A stretch of DNA of 64,000 nt from a virus. The notes under the pieces were generated by a model. That model saw nothing but the letters and a program-made list of their open reading frames with translations, ran no database searches and was not told the origin of the DNA. The stretch covers positions 4,220 to 68,219 of the IMG/VR virus record IMGVR_UViG_3300043446_000421; one strand, given 5' to 3'. This document shows, piece after piece, positions 7,911 to 16,743 of this stretch (positions within the stretch are counted from its first letter, which is position 1; every line of letters begins with the position of its first letter). The position numbers and the translations under genes are program-made.

Positions 7911-10376
7911 TTACTCCTTTGTAGGGGTTTGTTTTGCCCTTAGTTGTTGCTGCAATTGCGCATGGGATTTAGCTACGTCGATACCCATACGAACACCGGA
8001 CTCCTCTTGACGAGCCGCCAACTCAGCCCTATCTTTGGCGCTCTTCGCGCCCACCTGCATACCTGCAATTTCTTTCTGTGCTTCGATGCGCTCACGCTCG
8101 ATGTCGAGTTGATCTGCTTTTGCCGCAGCATCAATCTCCAACTTCTTCTGCTTGAGTTGAACTTCTTGCGCCTTAAGTGCCAATTCTTGCTGCTGCATTT
8201 GCACAACTGGATCTTGCGCGGCCTGTTGCGCCTGTTGGGCTTGTGCTTCTGCGGTATCTTTCTGCAACAGCTTCTGTGCCGCCATTGCCATCATGCGGCT
8301 AACTTCAACTTCCATATCTTCTGGAATCGTTTCGCCATCCTCGTAGTCCGGAGTGTTCAGAGGAATACCCAGTTGTTCTTCGATCTGCTTGCGGTACTGG
8401 AACGCAATATGCTCGTTAATATGCGCCATAGCGGCAGCAGTTATGGTGGGGGCTTGTGGGTTTTGCCCAACCAACGCAGCAATCTTGGGGTCTTTCATTG
8501 CAGCGATGTGAACTGCGATGTGTGCCTCATGGTCCTGATACAGGAAAGCTTTGACCGGCTTCATATTCAGAATAGCCATGTTCTCCGTTACAGGATCTTT
8601 AGGCTTCTGATCTTCTGCTGTCGGAATAAGCTTGCCGATGTTCTTGATGCCCAAGACCTCCAGCATCTGACGGTTCAACTCCACTTGGTCGTAGATCTGC
8701 GGAGCTTGCTGCGCCATCTGCATAACTGCTTGGTATTGCACCACTTTCTGCGACATAGTTGCCGCATTCGGGTCGCTAACCGGGATCACATCTACATCGT
8801 CGTAGTCCTGACGACGCGCACGGCGTGGGCCTTCTTGTGGTTCGTAGCTGTATTCCGCAGGGGCGTAGGCTGCAATGATATGTTTCAAGAGCTTGAACTC
8901 TTGCTTCATGGCGAAGTGGATGCGAGCCTGAACAGCCGACATCACTTTTAACTGACGCTCCAACAGTGCTAACGTTGTTCCAACAGGGGCTTGCGCCGAC
9001 ATATCCGAGACTTGCAGATCCGCAGCAGATGCAAAACGCCGACCTTCATCGACGATCTGGTCCATCAACTGCTTCAACACAAGACTTGGTTCTTTATACG
9101 GCAGCGGTAAGATGTTGTCTCGTATGGTGCCAGAGGCCACATCCACGTCCCGGAACTCGCCCGGTGCAATCGGCGTGTCGTCACCCTTGGTGCGCATACC
9201 TTTTGACTTCAGACCACCCGGCAAATTGGACAGCGTACCTGCATCCACCAACTGACGGAGGATAGACGTACCACTCTTAGCGTACGCGCCGATCAGATGA
9301 ATCAGGCCGAAGCAATAAAAGCCAAAGCCGGGGATGTAGCCGTAGTGGACGAAGTGAGTGCGCTTCTGTTTAGACTCATCATCCGGCTCGTAGTTACGAC
9401 GGATGGCCAGCACCTTGCCACTGCTCTTCTCCAGCGTGACGATGTAAGGCAATGCTATACCATCAGGGTCTTCATACCCTTCAAGGTCGAGGTCCACCTG
9501 CATTTCCAAGAGCTTGTAGCGGTCGTCCGTAGTCGCACGGAACCCCATCTTCTCGGCAATCTTCTTCTCTACATCGTCCAGCGTGTTGACCGGGTCGCCC
9601 AAGTCCACATCCCGATAGAAGCCCGCCACTTGCAGCTTCTTCAACTCGTTCTCGGTCTTGCGCATGACGTGTGTTACACGCTCTGCGGTCTGCAAATTAC
9701 TCGCGCCATATGGCACCACGACATCTTCCGCAGGGACAAAAATAGACACCTGCCTATCCAGTGCCGGGTCAAAGTACACCTTTTTGAACGCGTTGCCTGA
9801 CAGACCCAAACCCCACAACATACGCTCGTGCTCACTGCGGTATTCCGTCATTACCTCAGTAAGCTGGTAATTCATATCATTTTGGACGCGTTCAGCCGCT
9901 TCTTTCTTTTCTGTAGTTTCTTTGCCAATGATTTGCGTTTTAACCGGACCAGCAGCCGGGAAAGTCGCCATGATGGTTTCAGACTGGAATTTAACCAATG
10001 CTTCAGATAACAACGGATGGTATACGCCACAGGCTCCCTCCCACGGTTCGCTACGCTCCTCAAGCTTCATCCCCAGCAACTCCAGACCGTCTACATAAGT
10101 CTGCATCCAGTCTTTGCGGCTACCCACATCATCGTCAAAGTCAGAGAGAAGCTCCGCCGCCAACCCTTCAAGCACATCTTCACTGATTTTCTCAGCAAGG
10201 TTTGCGTTGAACTCATCCTCTTCTTCCTCACGAGGCTCGATCTCAATCTCCAGCCCGTCCATGCCAATACGCACGGCTTCCGGATCTTCAATCTCAATCT
10301 CGATCTCAGGCTCGTTTTCTGCTGCCATGCCCCCCAAGCCAAGTGGAGCGCGATTCAATGCTTTATCGATTGCCAT
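7911..10376 (-). CDS. Portal protein
   Basis: 821 aa after terL; P22-like portal features with Gln-rich coiled-coil C-terminal barrel. Confidence 0.85.
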   Translation of the reverse strand: MAIDKALNRAPLGLGGMAAENEPEIEIEIEDPEAVRIGMDGLEIEIEPREEEEDEFNANLAEKISEDVLEGLAAELLSDFDDDVGSRKDWMQTYVDGLELLGMKLEERSEPWEGACGVYHPLLSEALVKFQSETIMATFPAAGPVKTQIIGKETTEKKEAAERVQNDMNYQLTEVMTEYRSEHERMLWGLGLSGNAFKKVYFDPALDRQVSIFVPAEDVVVPYGASNLQTAERVTHVMRKTENELKKLQVAGFYRDVDLGDPVNTLDDVEKKIAEKMGFRATTDDRYKLLEMQVDLDLEGYEDPDGIALPYIVTLEKSSGKVLAIRRNYEPDDESKQKRTHFVHYGYIPGFGFYCFGLIHLIGAYAKSGTSILRQLVDAGTLSNLPGGLKSKGMRTKGDDTPIAPGEFRDVDVASGTIRDNILPLPYKEPSLVLKQLMDQIVDEGRRFASAADLQVSDMSAQAPVGTTLALLERQLKVMSAVQARIHFAMKQEFKLLKHIIAAYAPAEYSYEPQEGPRRARRQDYDDVDVIPVSDPNAATMSQKVVQYQAVMQMAQQAPQIYDQVELNRQMLEVLGIKNIGKLIPTAEDQKPKDPVTENMAILNMKPVKAFLYQDHEAHIAVHIAAMKDPKIAALVGQNPQAPTITAAAMAHINEHIAFQYRKQIEEQLGIPLNTPDYEDGETIPEDMEVEVSRMMAMAAQKLLQKDTAEAQAQQAQQAAQDPVVQMQQQELALKAQEVQLKQKKLEIDAAAKADQLDIERERIEAQKEIAGMQVGAKSAKDRAELAARQEESGVRMGIDVAKSHAQLQQQLRAKQTPTKE

Positions 10377-10385
10377 AATTTTTCC

Positions 10386-11909
10386 TTAGTAGTACGCCCT
10401 TCTGCGTCGGAACTCTCTAACTTCTTCTGGCTCGTCCAAGTCTGTGCGGAGGTATCCGCCCTTTCTGAACCGCATCATGGCCAGAGACACTGAGTCCACA
10501 TAGTCATCATGATCCCCACCGGGGAAGCTTGCTACCTCATCTACCACTTCTTCAGCCCAGTGCGTACCCGGCACCCATACCCGCCCTGATGCAAACAAGT
10601 CAGAGACCGCATTTAATCTACTGATCTTGTCGTTACCCTTGGATGGGGTGAACTCTTGTACCGGGATACCCATTGACCGCATCTCATATATAAGAGGCGC
10701 GCCTGTCGCTTTTTTCTCAATAATGATCGAGTCCGGGTCCCACTCACGGAACTCCTCGATAGCCTTTCTTTTTAGCTCCGGGAACTCCATACGCCGACGA
10801 AACGCGTTCAACAAGATGATGTTGGCTTGCATTACCCCCGTGTCATCCTCCTGATAGAAGACCCCCCAAGTAGTACACGCACTGTAGTCGGCGCGGTTGT
10901 GCTTCTCAAACGCCGTATCCCATGACTGGAGCACAAATTCACACTGTGGCGGGTGATCTTCGTCCCAAACTTGCCACCATTCCCGCTTAACTATCGCGGC
11001 AGACTCGGAAGTGGGGTTTTGCTGGTACTGCGCCATCCATTTCTGGTTCGGCAGTTCGGTACGGAGGGCTTCTAACTCTTTAATAGACCAGAATTCAGGC
11101 CACAACGGCTTGCCGCTGGGCAAAATGGCAGGAAATTCGATCACTTCCCACTCTTCACCGTTGCGTTGCGCAGCGGCTTTCAATACTTGCCCCGTCAAGT
11201 CCTTCTTGGACCAGCGGGTCATCACAATCACGATACTTCCCCCCGGCTGGAGACGCTGACGCGGCCCTGATGTGTACCATTCGTAGGTTTTATCGTAGAT
11301 TTCCGGGTTTACTTCAGCCAGTGCAGCCTCTTGTTCGCTGTGCGGGTCGTCAATAATCAGAATATCCGCACCCTTACCGGTCACCGCACCCCCCACACCG
11401 ATAGCGAAGTAGTCACCACCCTTGGATGTGTTCCATCGACCCGCTGCTTTGGAGTCCGATTGCAGTTCAACGTTGGGGAAAATGTCTTTATAGATGTCCT
11501 GATCGACCAGATTTCGGACTTTTCGGCCAAAACCCACAGCAAGCTCTGCTGTATGAGACGTTTGAATTACCTTTTTGTGAGGAAAATTGCCCAAAAACCA
11601 TGCTGGCAGCAGGTATGAGGCGAATTCTGACTTCGTGTGCCGTGGTGGCATGTTGATGATGAGCCGCTTACAGGTTCCATTAGCCACTCTTTCAAACGCC
11701 CTAGCCATCTTGACATGATGCGCCCCGTGGATAAAGTTAGGCCAGACCCGTTGGACAAACTCCATGAAGTACGTGCGAGCACGTTCCGCCCCTTTGCGGG
11801 ACTCTAACTCCTCCAACAACTCCTGAGCGCGGCGCTGAACTTCTTCAGGCAGATTCGCTAGTAATGTTGGATTCGTCTTCAGTGTCTGAAGTATCTGCGG
11901 TGTCATCAA
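10386..11909 (-). CDS. terL: Terminase large subunit
   Basis: INMPPRHTKSE Walker A, LIIDDP Walker B, SWDTA and HDDYVDS nuclease motifs. Confidence 0.95.
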   Translation of the reverse strand: MMTPQILQTLKTNPTLLANLPEEVQRRAQELLEELESRKGAERARTYFMEFVQRVWPNFIHGAHHVKMARAFERVANGTCKRLIINMPPRHTKSEFASYLLPAWFLGNFPHKKVIQTSHTAELAVGFGRKVRNLVDQDIYKDIFPNVELQSDSKAAGRWNTSKGGDYFAIGVGGAVTGKGADILIIDDPHSEQEAALAEVNPEIYDKTYEWYTSGPRQRLQPGGSIVIVMTRWSKKDLTGQVLKAAAQRNGEEWEVIEFPAILPSGKPLWPEFWSIKELEALRTELPNQKWMAQYQQNPTSESAAIVKREWWQVWDEDHPPQCEFVLQSWDTAFEKHNRADYSACTTWGVFYQEDDTGVMQANIILLNAFRRRMEFPELKRKAIEEFREWDPDSIIIEKKATGAPLIYEMRSMGIPVQEFTPSKGNDKISRLNAVSDLFASGRVWVPGTHWAEEVVDEVASFPGGDHDDYVDSVSLAMMRFRKGGYLRTDLDEPEEVREFRRRRAYY

Positions 11910-12468
11910 TAGGTGGCTCAGGGCCTAGTTCTGCGTCCAAATCGATAATCGGAGGTGGCTCATTTTCTACCACTTCCGCGTCACCCATATACTTCTCCAA
12001 GAGCGTGGCCAACTCGCCTTCTAAATCCTCGGTTGGCTTCTGTCTTATTGTAATTTCCATCTGTTCTGAAAACAGATTTACACCTCTGCGTTTACCCAGC
12101 AACTCTAACGCCTTTAGACGCACACGTGCGTCTTCGTCCACTGTCTCTTCCAGCAGTCTGTTGGTAACGTAGTTTGCGATGCGCCGGTTGGCCCCCAGAA
12201 ACTCATGGTCATACTCCGTGAGCAGGGACTCTAACTTTAATATAGTACCGGGGGTGGTCTTGCTGACCTTGAAGGGTTTGTCAGCCGCCATCAATTCTCT
12301 GGCTTGCCGACTGTCGTCTGGCGTGATCTCAATCTCAGCACCTGCATCCATCAATTCCTGAAGCGTGGCACATGCGGCCTTGGCGCGTTCACGGAACTGC
12401 TCTACCTCCTCCGGCGTAACGTCGATGGGTAGTGGGATGCCTATCTCAGGTGTGATGATTAGTGGCAT
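11845..12468 (-). CDS. Putative terminase small subunit
   Basis: Directly upstream of terL; RLKALELLGK...LF motif. Confidence 0.6.
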   Translation of the reverse strand: MPLIITPEIGIPLPIDVTPEEVEQFRERAKAACATLQELMDAGAEIEITPDDSRQARELMAADKPFKVSKTTPGTILKLESLLTEYDHEFLGANRRIANYVTNRLLEETVDEDARVRLKALELLGKRRGVNLFSEQMEITIRQKPTEDLEGELATLLEKYMGDAEVVENEPPPIIDLDAELGPEPPIDDTADTSDTEDESNITSESA

Positions 12469-12775
12469 AGCTAAATTGTGTTGTTCTGCCTTTTGCAGAT
12501 TTATATACCCCCCGCCATATGGAACCTAAAAGATTTTGGTAGGGGGGTGTTTTCCTAGCGCGAAGTATATATAGCCTTGTGGAAATTGCAAGGGGGTGGG
12601 GGTATGCGAATAACTTATCAATAGGGGTGGTTTAAGTTGTATGTTGTCATTTTGGTATGTCAAGTAAAAATAAGTGCAGTCTAATGTGTAAAACACAGCA
12701 CTCGGGCGAGGGGGGGACCCAATCCACAGCGCGGGGGGTAGGGGTACGGTGGGGTCGCGCTGCGCCAGAAAAACA

Positions 12776-12790
12776 TCAAGTAGTACTTGA
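12776..12790. promoter_or_regulatory. Palindromic operator-like site TCAAGTA-S-TACTTGA (copy 1 of 7)
   Basis: Perfect 15-bp palindrome; other copies at 13730, 14225, 14514, 15346, 16709, 19087. Confidence 0.75.
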
Positions 12791-12872
12791 TGAAAGATAG
12801 TACTTGACGCGCGTCAATTAATATGAGACTATTTGGTTGTGGCGACGTGCCACGTTAACCGGAGTTACCAAA

Positions 12873-13475
12873 ATGACTACAAAGTCCAAAGCAGCAAAGC
12901 CAGCAGTCGTGAATAACATCGTCGCAAAGCCAGAACATGTAGCATTGGCAAAGCTTGCTGGCCAGTCCGCGCTCGGCACAATCACCATGCGCGAAAAGTG
13001 TATCGCTGCATGCAAAGCGTTACACAAAGAGAAAGCAAAGATTGGCCATGCTACAAAGTGCCAATTGGCCAAAGCTTTTATTGCAGAGCGTTTTGCTGGT
13101 AAGAAAGCCAGCGGCGCAACAAAGAGCCAGATTCTGTCGTGCTTTCGCAAGGCAGTCGAATCGGGCAAGGACTACAACGAAAATGCCAGCAAGACAAAAA
13201 AGGCAGTCACAAAACAGGACGCGCCAAAAGCCAGCGATGCTGTCGAGGCAGTCGAACCAAAAGAGGCAGCAAAACCTGTCGTTGTCACAAAGCCACCAAA
13301 AGATGACGATACGACAATAATTCTGGCGCTGCCTCGCAAGGCAAAAGCAAAAGAGGCAGCGAAGAAAATGCGCGCATTCGTTGAGAAAATGCGCCAGTCC
13401 GAAGAGCTTGCATCGCTGGCAGCATACATCGTTGACGTGCTTGACGAATTTGACGGCACAGCAGAGCAGTTCTGA
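12873..13475 (+). CDS. First early gene, Lys/Ala-rich hypothetical protein
   Basis: ATG 12873 after GGAG; followed by terminator. Confidence 0.7.
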   Translation: MTTKSKAAKPAVVNNIVAKPEHVALAKLAGQSALGTITMREKCIAACKALHKEKAKIGHATKCQLAKAFIAERFAGKKASGATKSQILSCFRKAVESGKDYNENASKTKKAVTKQDAPKASDAVEAVEPKEAAKPVVVTKPPKDDDTTIILALPRKAKAKEAAKKMRAFVEKMRQSEELASLAAYIVDVLDEFDGTAEQF

Positions 13476-13492
13476 TCAGCACCAGCAGCACG

Positions 13493-13519
13493 AAGCCCGG
13501 CGCAAGCCGGGTTTTTTTT
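13493..13519 (+). terminator. Intrinsic terminator
   Basis: AGCCCGGC-GCAA-GCCGGGT followed by a T-run. Confidence 0.85.
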
Positions 13520-13645
13520 CGCCGCGAAAAAGCTATCGAGGTTCCCTTCGGGAACTGGTGTCAAGTAGTTAGAGGGTGGGCGGGCAGGTTACGTAGTAAC
13601 CCAGAGCGGCGCGTAGTGTGAGAGAGTGAGAGACGCTGCGTTGAC

Positions 13646-13677
13646 CGGTATGCTGCGTGCAGCATACCGCTTTTTTT
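13646..13677 (+). terminator. Intrinsic terminator-like hairpin
   Basis: CGGTATGCTGC-GT-GCAGCATACCG followed by C and T7. Confidence 0.65.
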
Positions 13678-13770
13678 GGCGCAATGCAAGCACTAAATGG
13701 GGCGCGAAACCAGTTTTTGCAGCAAAAGTTCAAGTACTACTTGATGTTTTGGGGTTAGCAAAGTGACATT

Positions 13771-14044
13771 TGTTCCGCATGTTCCGCAAAACCCCTATTT
13801 TGTTCCGCTCGCCGGAACATTATATACAGTAGTTTTGCAATTCCTAAGTGGTTGATTTTATTAGATTTATTTATTTATTTATTTATATTTTATATAGTTT
13901 ATACAGTATTGTTCCGTTGTTCCGTAAAAATACACATAGGTACGGCGAGATTTTTTTCGCCACACGTGTAAACGCGTTTTTTTTTTGTGCCCAGATCAAA
14001 CGGGCTTTGCGGCAACCCCATCATTTCAACGGAACATCGGAACA
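13771..14044. repeat. TGTTCCG/CGGAACA iteron-like repeats flanking an AT-rich tract (candidate origin)
   Basis: TGTTCCG at 13771, 13780, 13801, 13910, 13918; CGGAACA at 13813, 14030, 14038; (ATTT)n tract ~13853-13905. Confidence 0.55.
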
Positions 14045-14156
14045 AAAGGCCAAAACACCCATCAAAACCCGCATGGTTGCTCACTTTCCGCGTTCCGCCA
14101 CCCACCTGCACATCACTGAACAATTACTGAACAAACAACAAAAACAAATAGGGTAC

Positions 14157-14185
14157 TTGACAAACGTCACAAACTATGGTCTAAT
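14157..14185 (+). promoter_or_regulatory. Sigma70-type early promoter
   Basis: TTGACA-17 bp-TCTAAT with TG extension; -35 overlaps an operator half-site GTACTTGA. Confidence 0.7.
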
Positions 14186-14253
14186 AGCATTTCAGTAGCA
14201 AACAACGTAGCAAAAACGACAACATCAAGTACTACTTGAACCTTGGAGGATGT

Positions 14254-14508
14254 ATGAAGAAAGATTTCCGCAATGCCTATAACGCACTGAAGAAAATGGG
14301 TGTGCCAGTCTATGTGCGTGACGATATGGATGGCCGGTTCCAGATAAGCGCAGAGGATTCAGAATCCTACAAATGGGCTGATTACTATGCCTATGACCGG
14401 GCTGATTGGATTTTCGGCGTGAATCCGAAGATCGATGAAGTGCTTAAAAAGTACGGGCTGTTCGCTGAATGGATCAACCCGGGCGAGCTTGGCGTTTACT
14501 ACATCTAA
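14254..14508 (+). CDS. Hypothetical early protein
   Basis: ATG after operator + CCTTGGAGGA; ...GLFAEWINPG. Confidence 0.7.
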   Translation: MKKDFRNAYNALKKMGVPVYVRDDMDGRFQISAEDSESYKWADYYAYDRADWIFGVNPKIDEVLKKYGLFAEWINPGELGVYYI

Positions 14509-14546
14509 AAACCTAAAGTACTACTTGAACCTTGGAGGATGCAATC

Positions 14547-15317
14547 ATGACAATCAAACCTAAATTCAAAAAACCATCGGGCTACATCATTTATCGCGGC
14601 CCGTCACTACTGGACGGCAAGCCCATCGTAGTGGTGGCAATCACCAAAGAATCAAAGAATAGTAAGACTGGCAACATGGTGCAAACGTACATCATGGCCG
14701 ACAACGGTCTAAGCCCGGTGGAATCTGCGCGCATACTGGAGGATGTTTCAGTGTGTGGTGATTGCAAGCATCGGCGCGGCATGGGCGGATCGTGCTATGT
14801 GAATCTCGGTCAAGGCGCGCGCTCTGTAATGGACGGCGTGATACGTGGGATTTATCCGGATATTTTTTATGAGGATGCCGATTGCACATGGGGTTTGATG
14901 GACGCGGTCAAGGGTCGCAAAGTAAGGCTTGGCACGTATGGTGATCCGGCTGCGGTTCCGGCTTATGTGTGGGAGTTGTTGCTGCGTGAAGCGTCCGGGC
15001 ATACCGGCTACACCCACCAATGGGCAAGCGGCAAGGCTGATCACGTGAAACAGTGGTGCATGGCATCGGCTGACACACCCAAAGAAACGGCACTAGCCAA
15101 AATGGACGGATGGCGCACGTTCCGCGTCCGTCAGGCTGACGGTACACCAGAGTTCAGTCATGAGATGGTTTGCCCGGCATCGGCTGAAGCGGGTAAGCGC
15201 CTGACATGTGCTACCTGCATGGCATGTAGTGGCGGCATCGATAGCAAAAAGGCAAGCGTGACTATCGTGGTGCATGGGTCACTCAAGAACAGATTCGCGG
15301 CATCTATCGCAGCGTAA
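14547..15317 (+). CDS. Cys-rich putative Fe-S/Zn protein (gp88/radical-SAM-like)
   Basis: NSKTGNMVQ, CGDC...CYV, RLGTYGDP, GYTHQW, CPAS...CATCMAC. Confidence 0.55.
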   Translation: MTIKPKFKKPSGYIIYRGPSLLDGKPIVVVAITKESKNSKTGNMVQTYIMADNGLSPVESARILEDVSVCGDCKHRRGMGGSCYVNLGQGARSVMDGVIRGIYPDIFYEDADCTWGLMDAVKGRKVRLGTYGDPAAVPAYVWELLLREASGHTGYTHQWASGKADHVKQWCMASADTPKETALAKMDGWRTFRVRQADGTPEFSHEMVCPASAEAGKRLTCATCMACSGGIDSKKASVTIVVHGSLKNRFAASIAA

Positions 15318-15375
15318 CCCAAGGGGCGGGGCAACCCGCCCAACATCAAGTAGTACTTTAACTTTTGGAGGATGT

Positions 15376-15753
15376 ATGGGCATGAGATCAATCGAGGCTA
15401 TGTATAGCCTACTGGACGCAGGAACCTTGGATGAAATCTTGAGCGCGGTGGTGGACGCGCCGACAATCAAGATCACACCTATAAAGACGTTGCCCAATGG
15501 CAGCTATCGCATGGGTGGGCTGAAGAACCTGACTAAGGCGCAGATTGTTGATGTACTGGGCTTCCCGCCCAATGCAATAGATGACCCCGACAAGGTAGTC
15601 AATAGTTGGGCGTTCAACGTGGACGGCAAGGATGTCTGCGGTATCTGGGACTACAAGGGTAGCCACTTGTTCAATCGGTGGTCATTCTATGACCCGGCGG
15701 GGGTGTTACCTGCACTGTTTGATGCAGCCAACATTGAAGAGAAGGGGTGGTGA
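15376..15753 (+). CDS. Hypothetical protein
   Basis: Start after operator + GGAGG; ...CGIWDYKG. Confidence 0.6.
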   Translation: MGMRSIEAMYSLLDAGTLDEILSAVVDAPTIKITPIKTLPNGSYRMGGLKNLTKAQIVDVLGFPPNAIDDPDKVVNSWAFNVDGKDVCGIWDYKGSHLFNRWSFYDPAGVLPALFDAANIEEKGW

Positions 15754-15754
15754 T

Positions 15755-15946
15755 ATGGACAAGGCGGACTGGATTATTTTGCGGCTGGTGACGGTCATGG
15801 TGCAGGGGAACGCGCGGCTGACGCTCAAGCCGGACGTGCAAAGATCGGTGCTATACCTGCACCAGAAGTACGGGCAGAAACAGTTGTTCAAATGTATTGA
15901 TGCATTACATGCGGAAAGGGAAGCGAAATGGAAACATCAAAACTAA
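15755..15946 (+). CDS. Hypothetical protein
   Basis: MDKADWIILRL..., coupled to upstream stop. Confidence 0.5.
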   Translation: MDKADWIILRLVTVMVQGNARLTLKPDVQRSVLYLHQKYGQKQLFKCIDALHAEREAKWKHQN

Positions 15947-16275
15947 CAGGCGCAGCGCTGGACTGGGCGGTGGCCTTGTGCGAGGGATGGCAACCTGAGA
16001 GGGTGCGTGATAATCAGGGCGAGTATTGGTGGCTGTTCAAAGAAGCTCGCGGCATGAACCCTAAGCACTACCACCCGTCAACGCATTGGGGTATCGGTGG
16101 GCGCATCATTGAGCGTGAGCATATTACTTTGCGGTGCTACACGGATGCATTGTGGGATGCATCGATAGGTCGATTGGATTATGTAGCTGATGGCACAACC
16201 CCACTGATCGCAGCCATGCGCTGCTACGTGGCAAGCAAACTAGGTGACGAAGTACAACTACCAGAGGGGGTGTGA
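15928..16275 (+). CDS. NinX/DUF2591-family phage protein
   Basis: LTGAALDWAVA...PSTHWGIGGRIIERE...TPLIAAMRCYVASKLGDEV. Confidence 0.8.
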   Translation: METSKLTGAALDWAVALCEGWQPERVRDNQGEYWWLFKEARGMNPKHYHPSTHWGIGGRIIEREHITLRCYTDALWDASIGRLDYVADGTTPLIAAMRCYVASKLGDEVQLPEGV

Positions 16276-16276
16276 T

Positions 16277-16360
16277 ATGGACAAGGACGAACTGATGTTC
16301 TGGGTAATGGTGTGCATGGCGGGTGCAGTAATCGTCATGCTTTGGACTGGCGTAATTTAA
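16277..16360 (+). CDS. 27-aa single-TM microprotein
   Basis: Manual ORF MDKDELMFWVMVCMAGAVIVMLWTGVI with G-rich RBS. Confidence 0.45.
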   Translation: MDKDELMFWVMVCMAGAVIVMLWTGVI

Positions 16361-16372
16361 TAGGGGGGCGAG

Positions 16373-16630
16373 ATGAAACATTACATTGGGGAAATTACCG
16401 AGTGCAACGCTGGCATGGAGTACAACAGCAGGTTCCTGTTCGTTACCAAGGGAAGCCCGGAGAGGTATGCGCACAAGGTCGCAATGGATTGGCGCGGCTC
16501 TACTAAAGCGGACTGGGACAAGGAAATGATGGCCTACTGGTCAGACTGCACGTTGATCTGGCCGAGTATGTACCGGGAGATTCCGAAAGAGGATTATGAG
16601 GTGCTGCGCAAGTATCTCGCCGTCCTGTAG
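16373..16630 (+). CDS. Hypothetical protein
   Basis: 85 aa ORF with G-rich RBS. Confidence 0.6.
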   Translation: MKHYIGEITECNAGMEYNSRFLFVTKGSPERYAHKVAMDWRGSTKADWDKEMMAYWSDCTLIWPSMYREIPKEDYEVLRKYLAVL

Positions 16631-16634
16631 GGGA

Positions 16635-16663
16635 TTGACACTGTCAAACCTTTATCCTATAAT
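16635..16663 (+). promoter_or_regulatory. Consensus sigma70 promoter
   Basis: Perfect TTGACA-17 bp-TATAAT upstream of the AAA ATPase. Confidence 0.9.
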
Positions 16664-16743
16664 TTGTTCTGGTGTGAGGGATTCATAAAAACAACCCGCA
16701 CCAGAACCTCAAGTAGTACTTGACCTTAACTTGGAGAACAATC

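Noticed and set aside
13848-14198. 116-aa ORF in the non-coding control region
   Set aside because: It spans the AT-rich tract, repeats and a promoter, and its composition is not protein-like.
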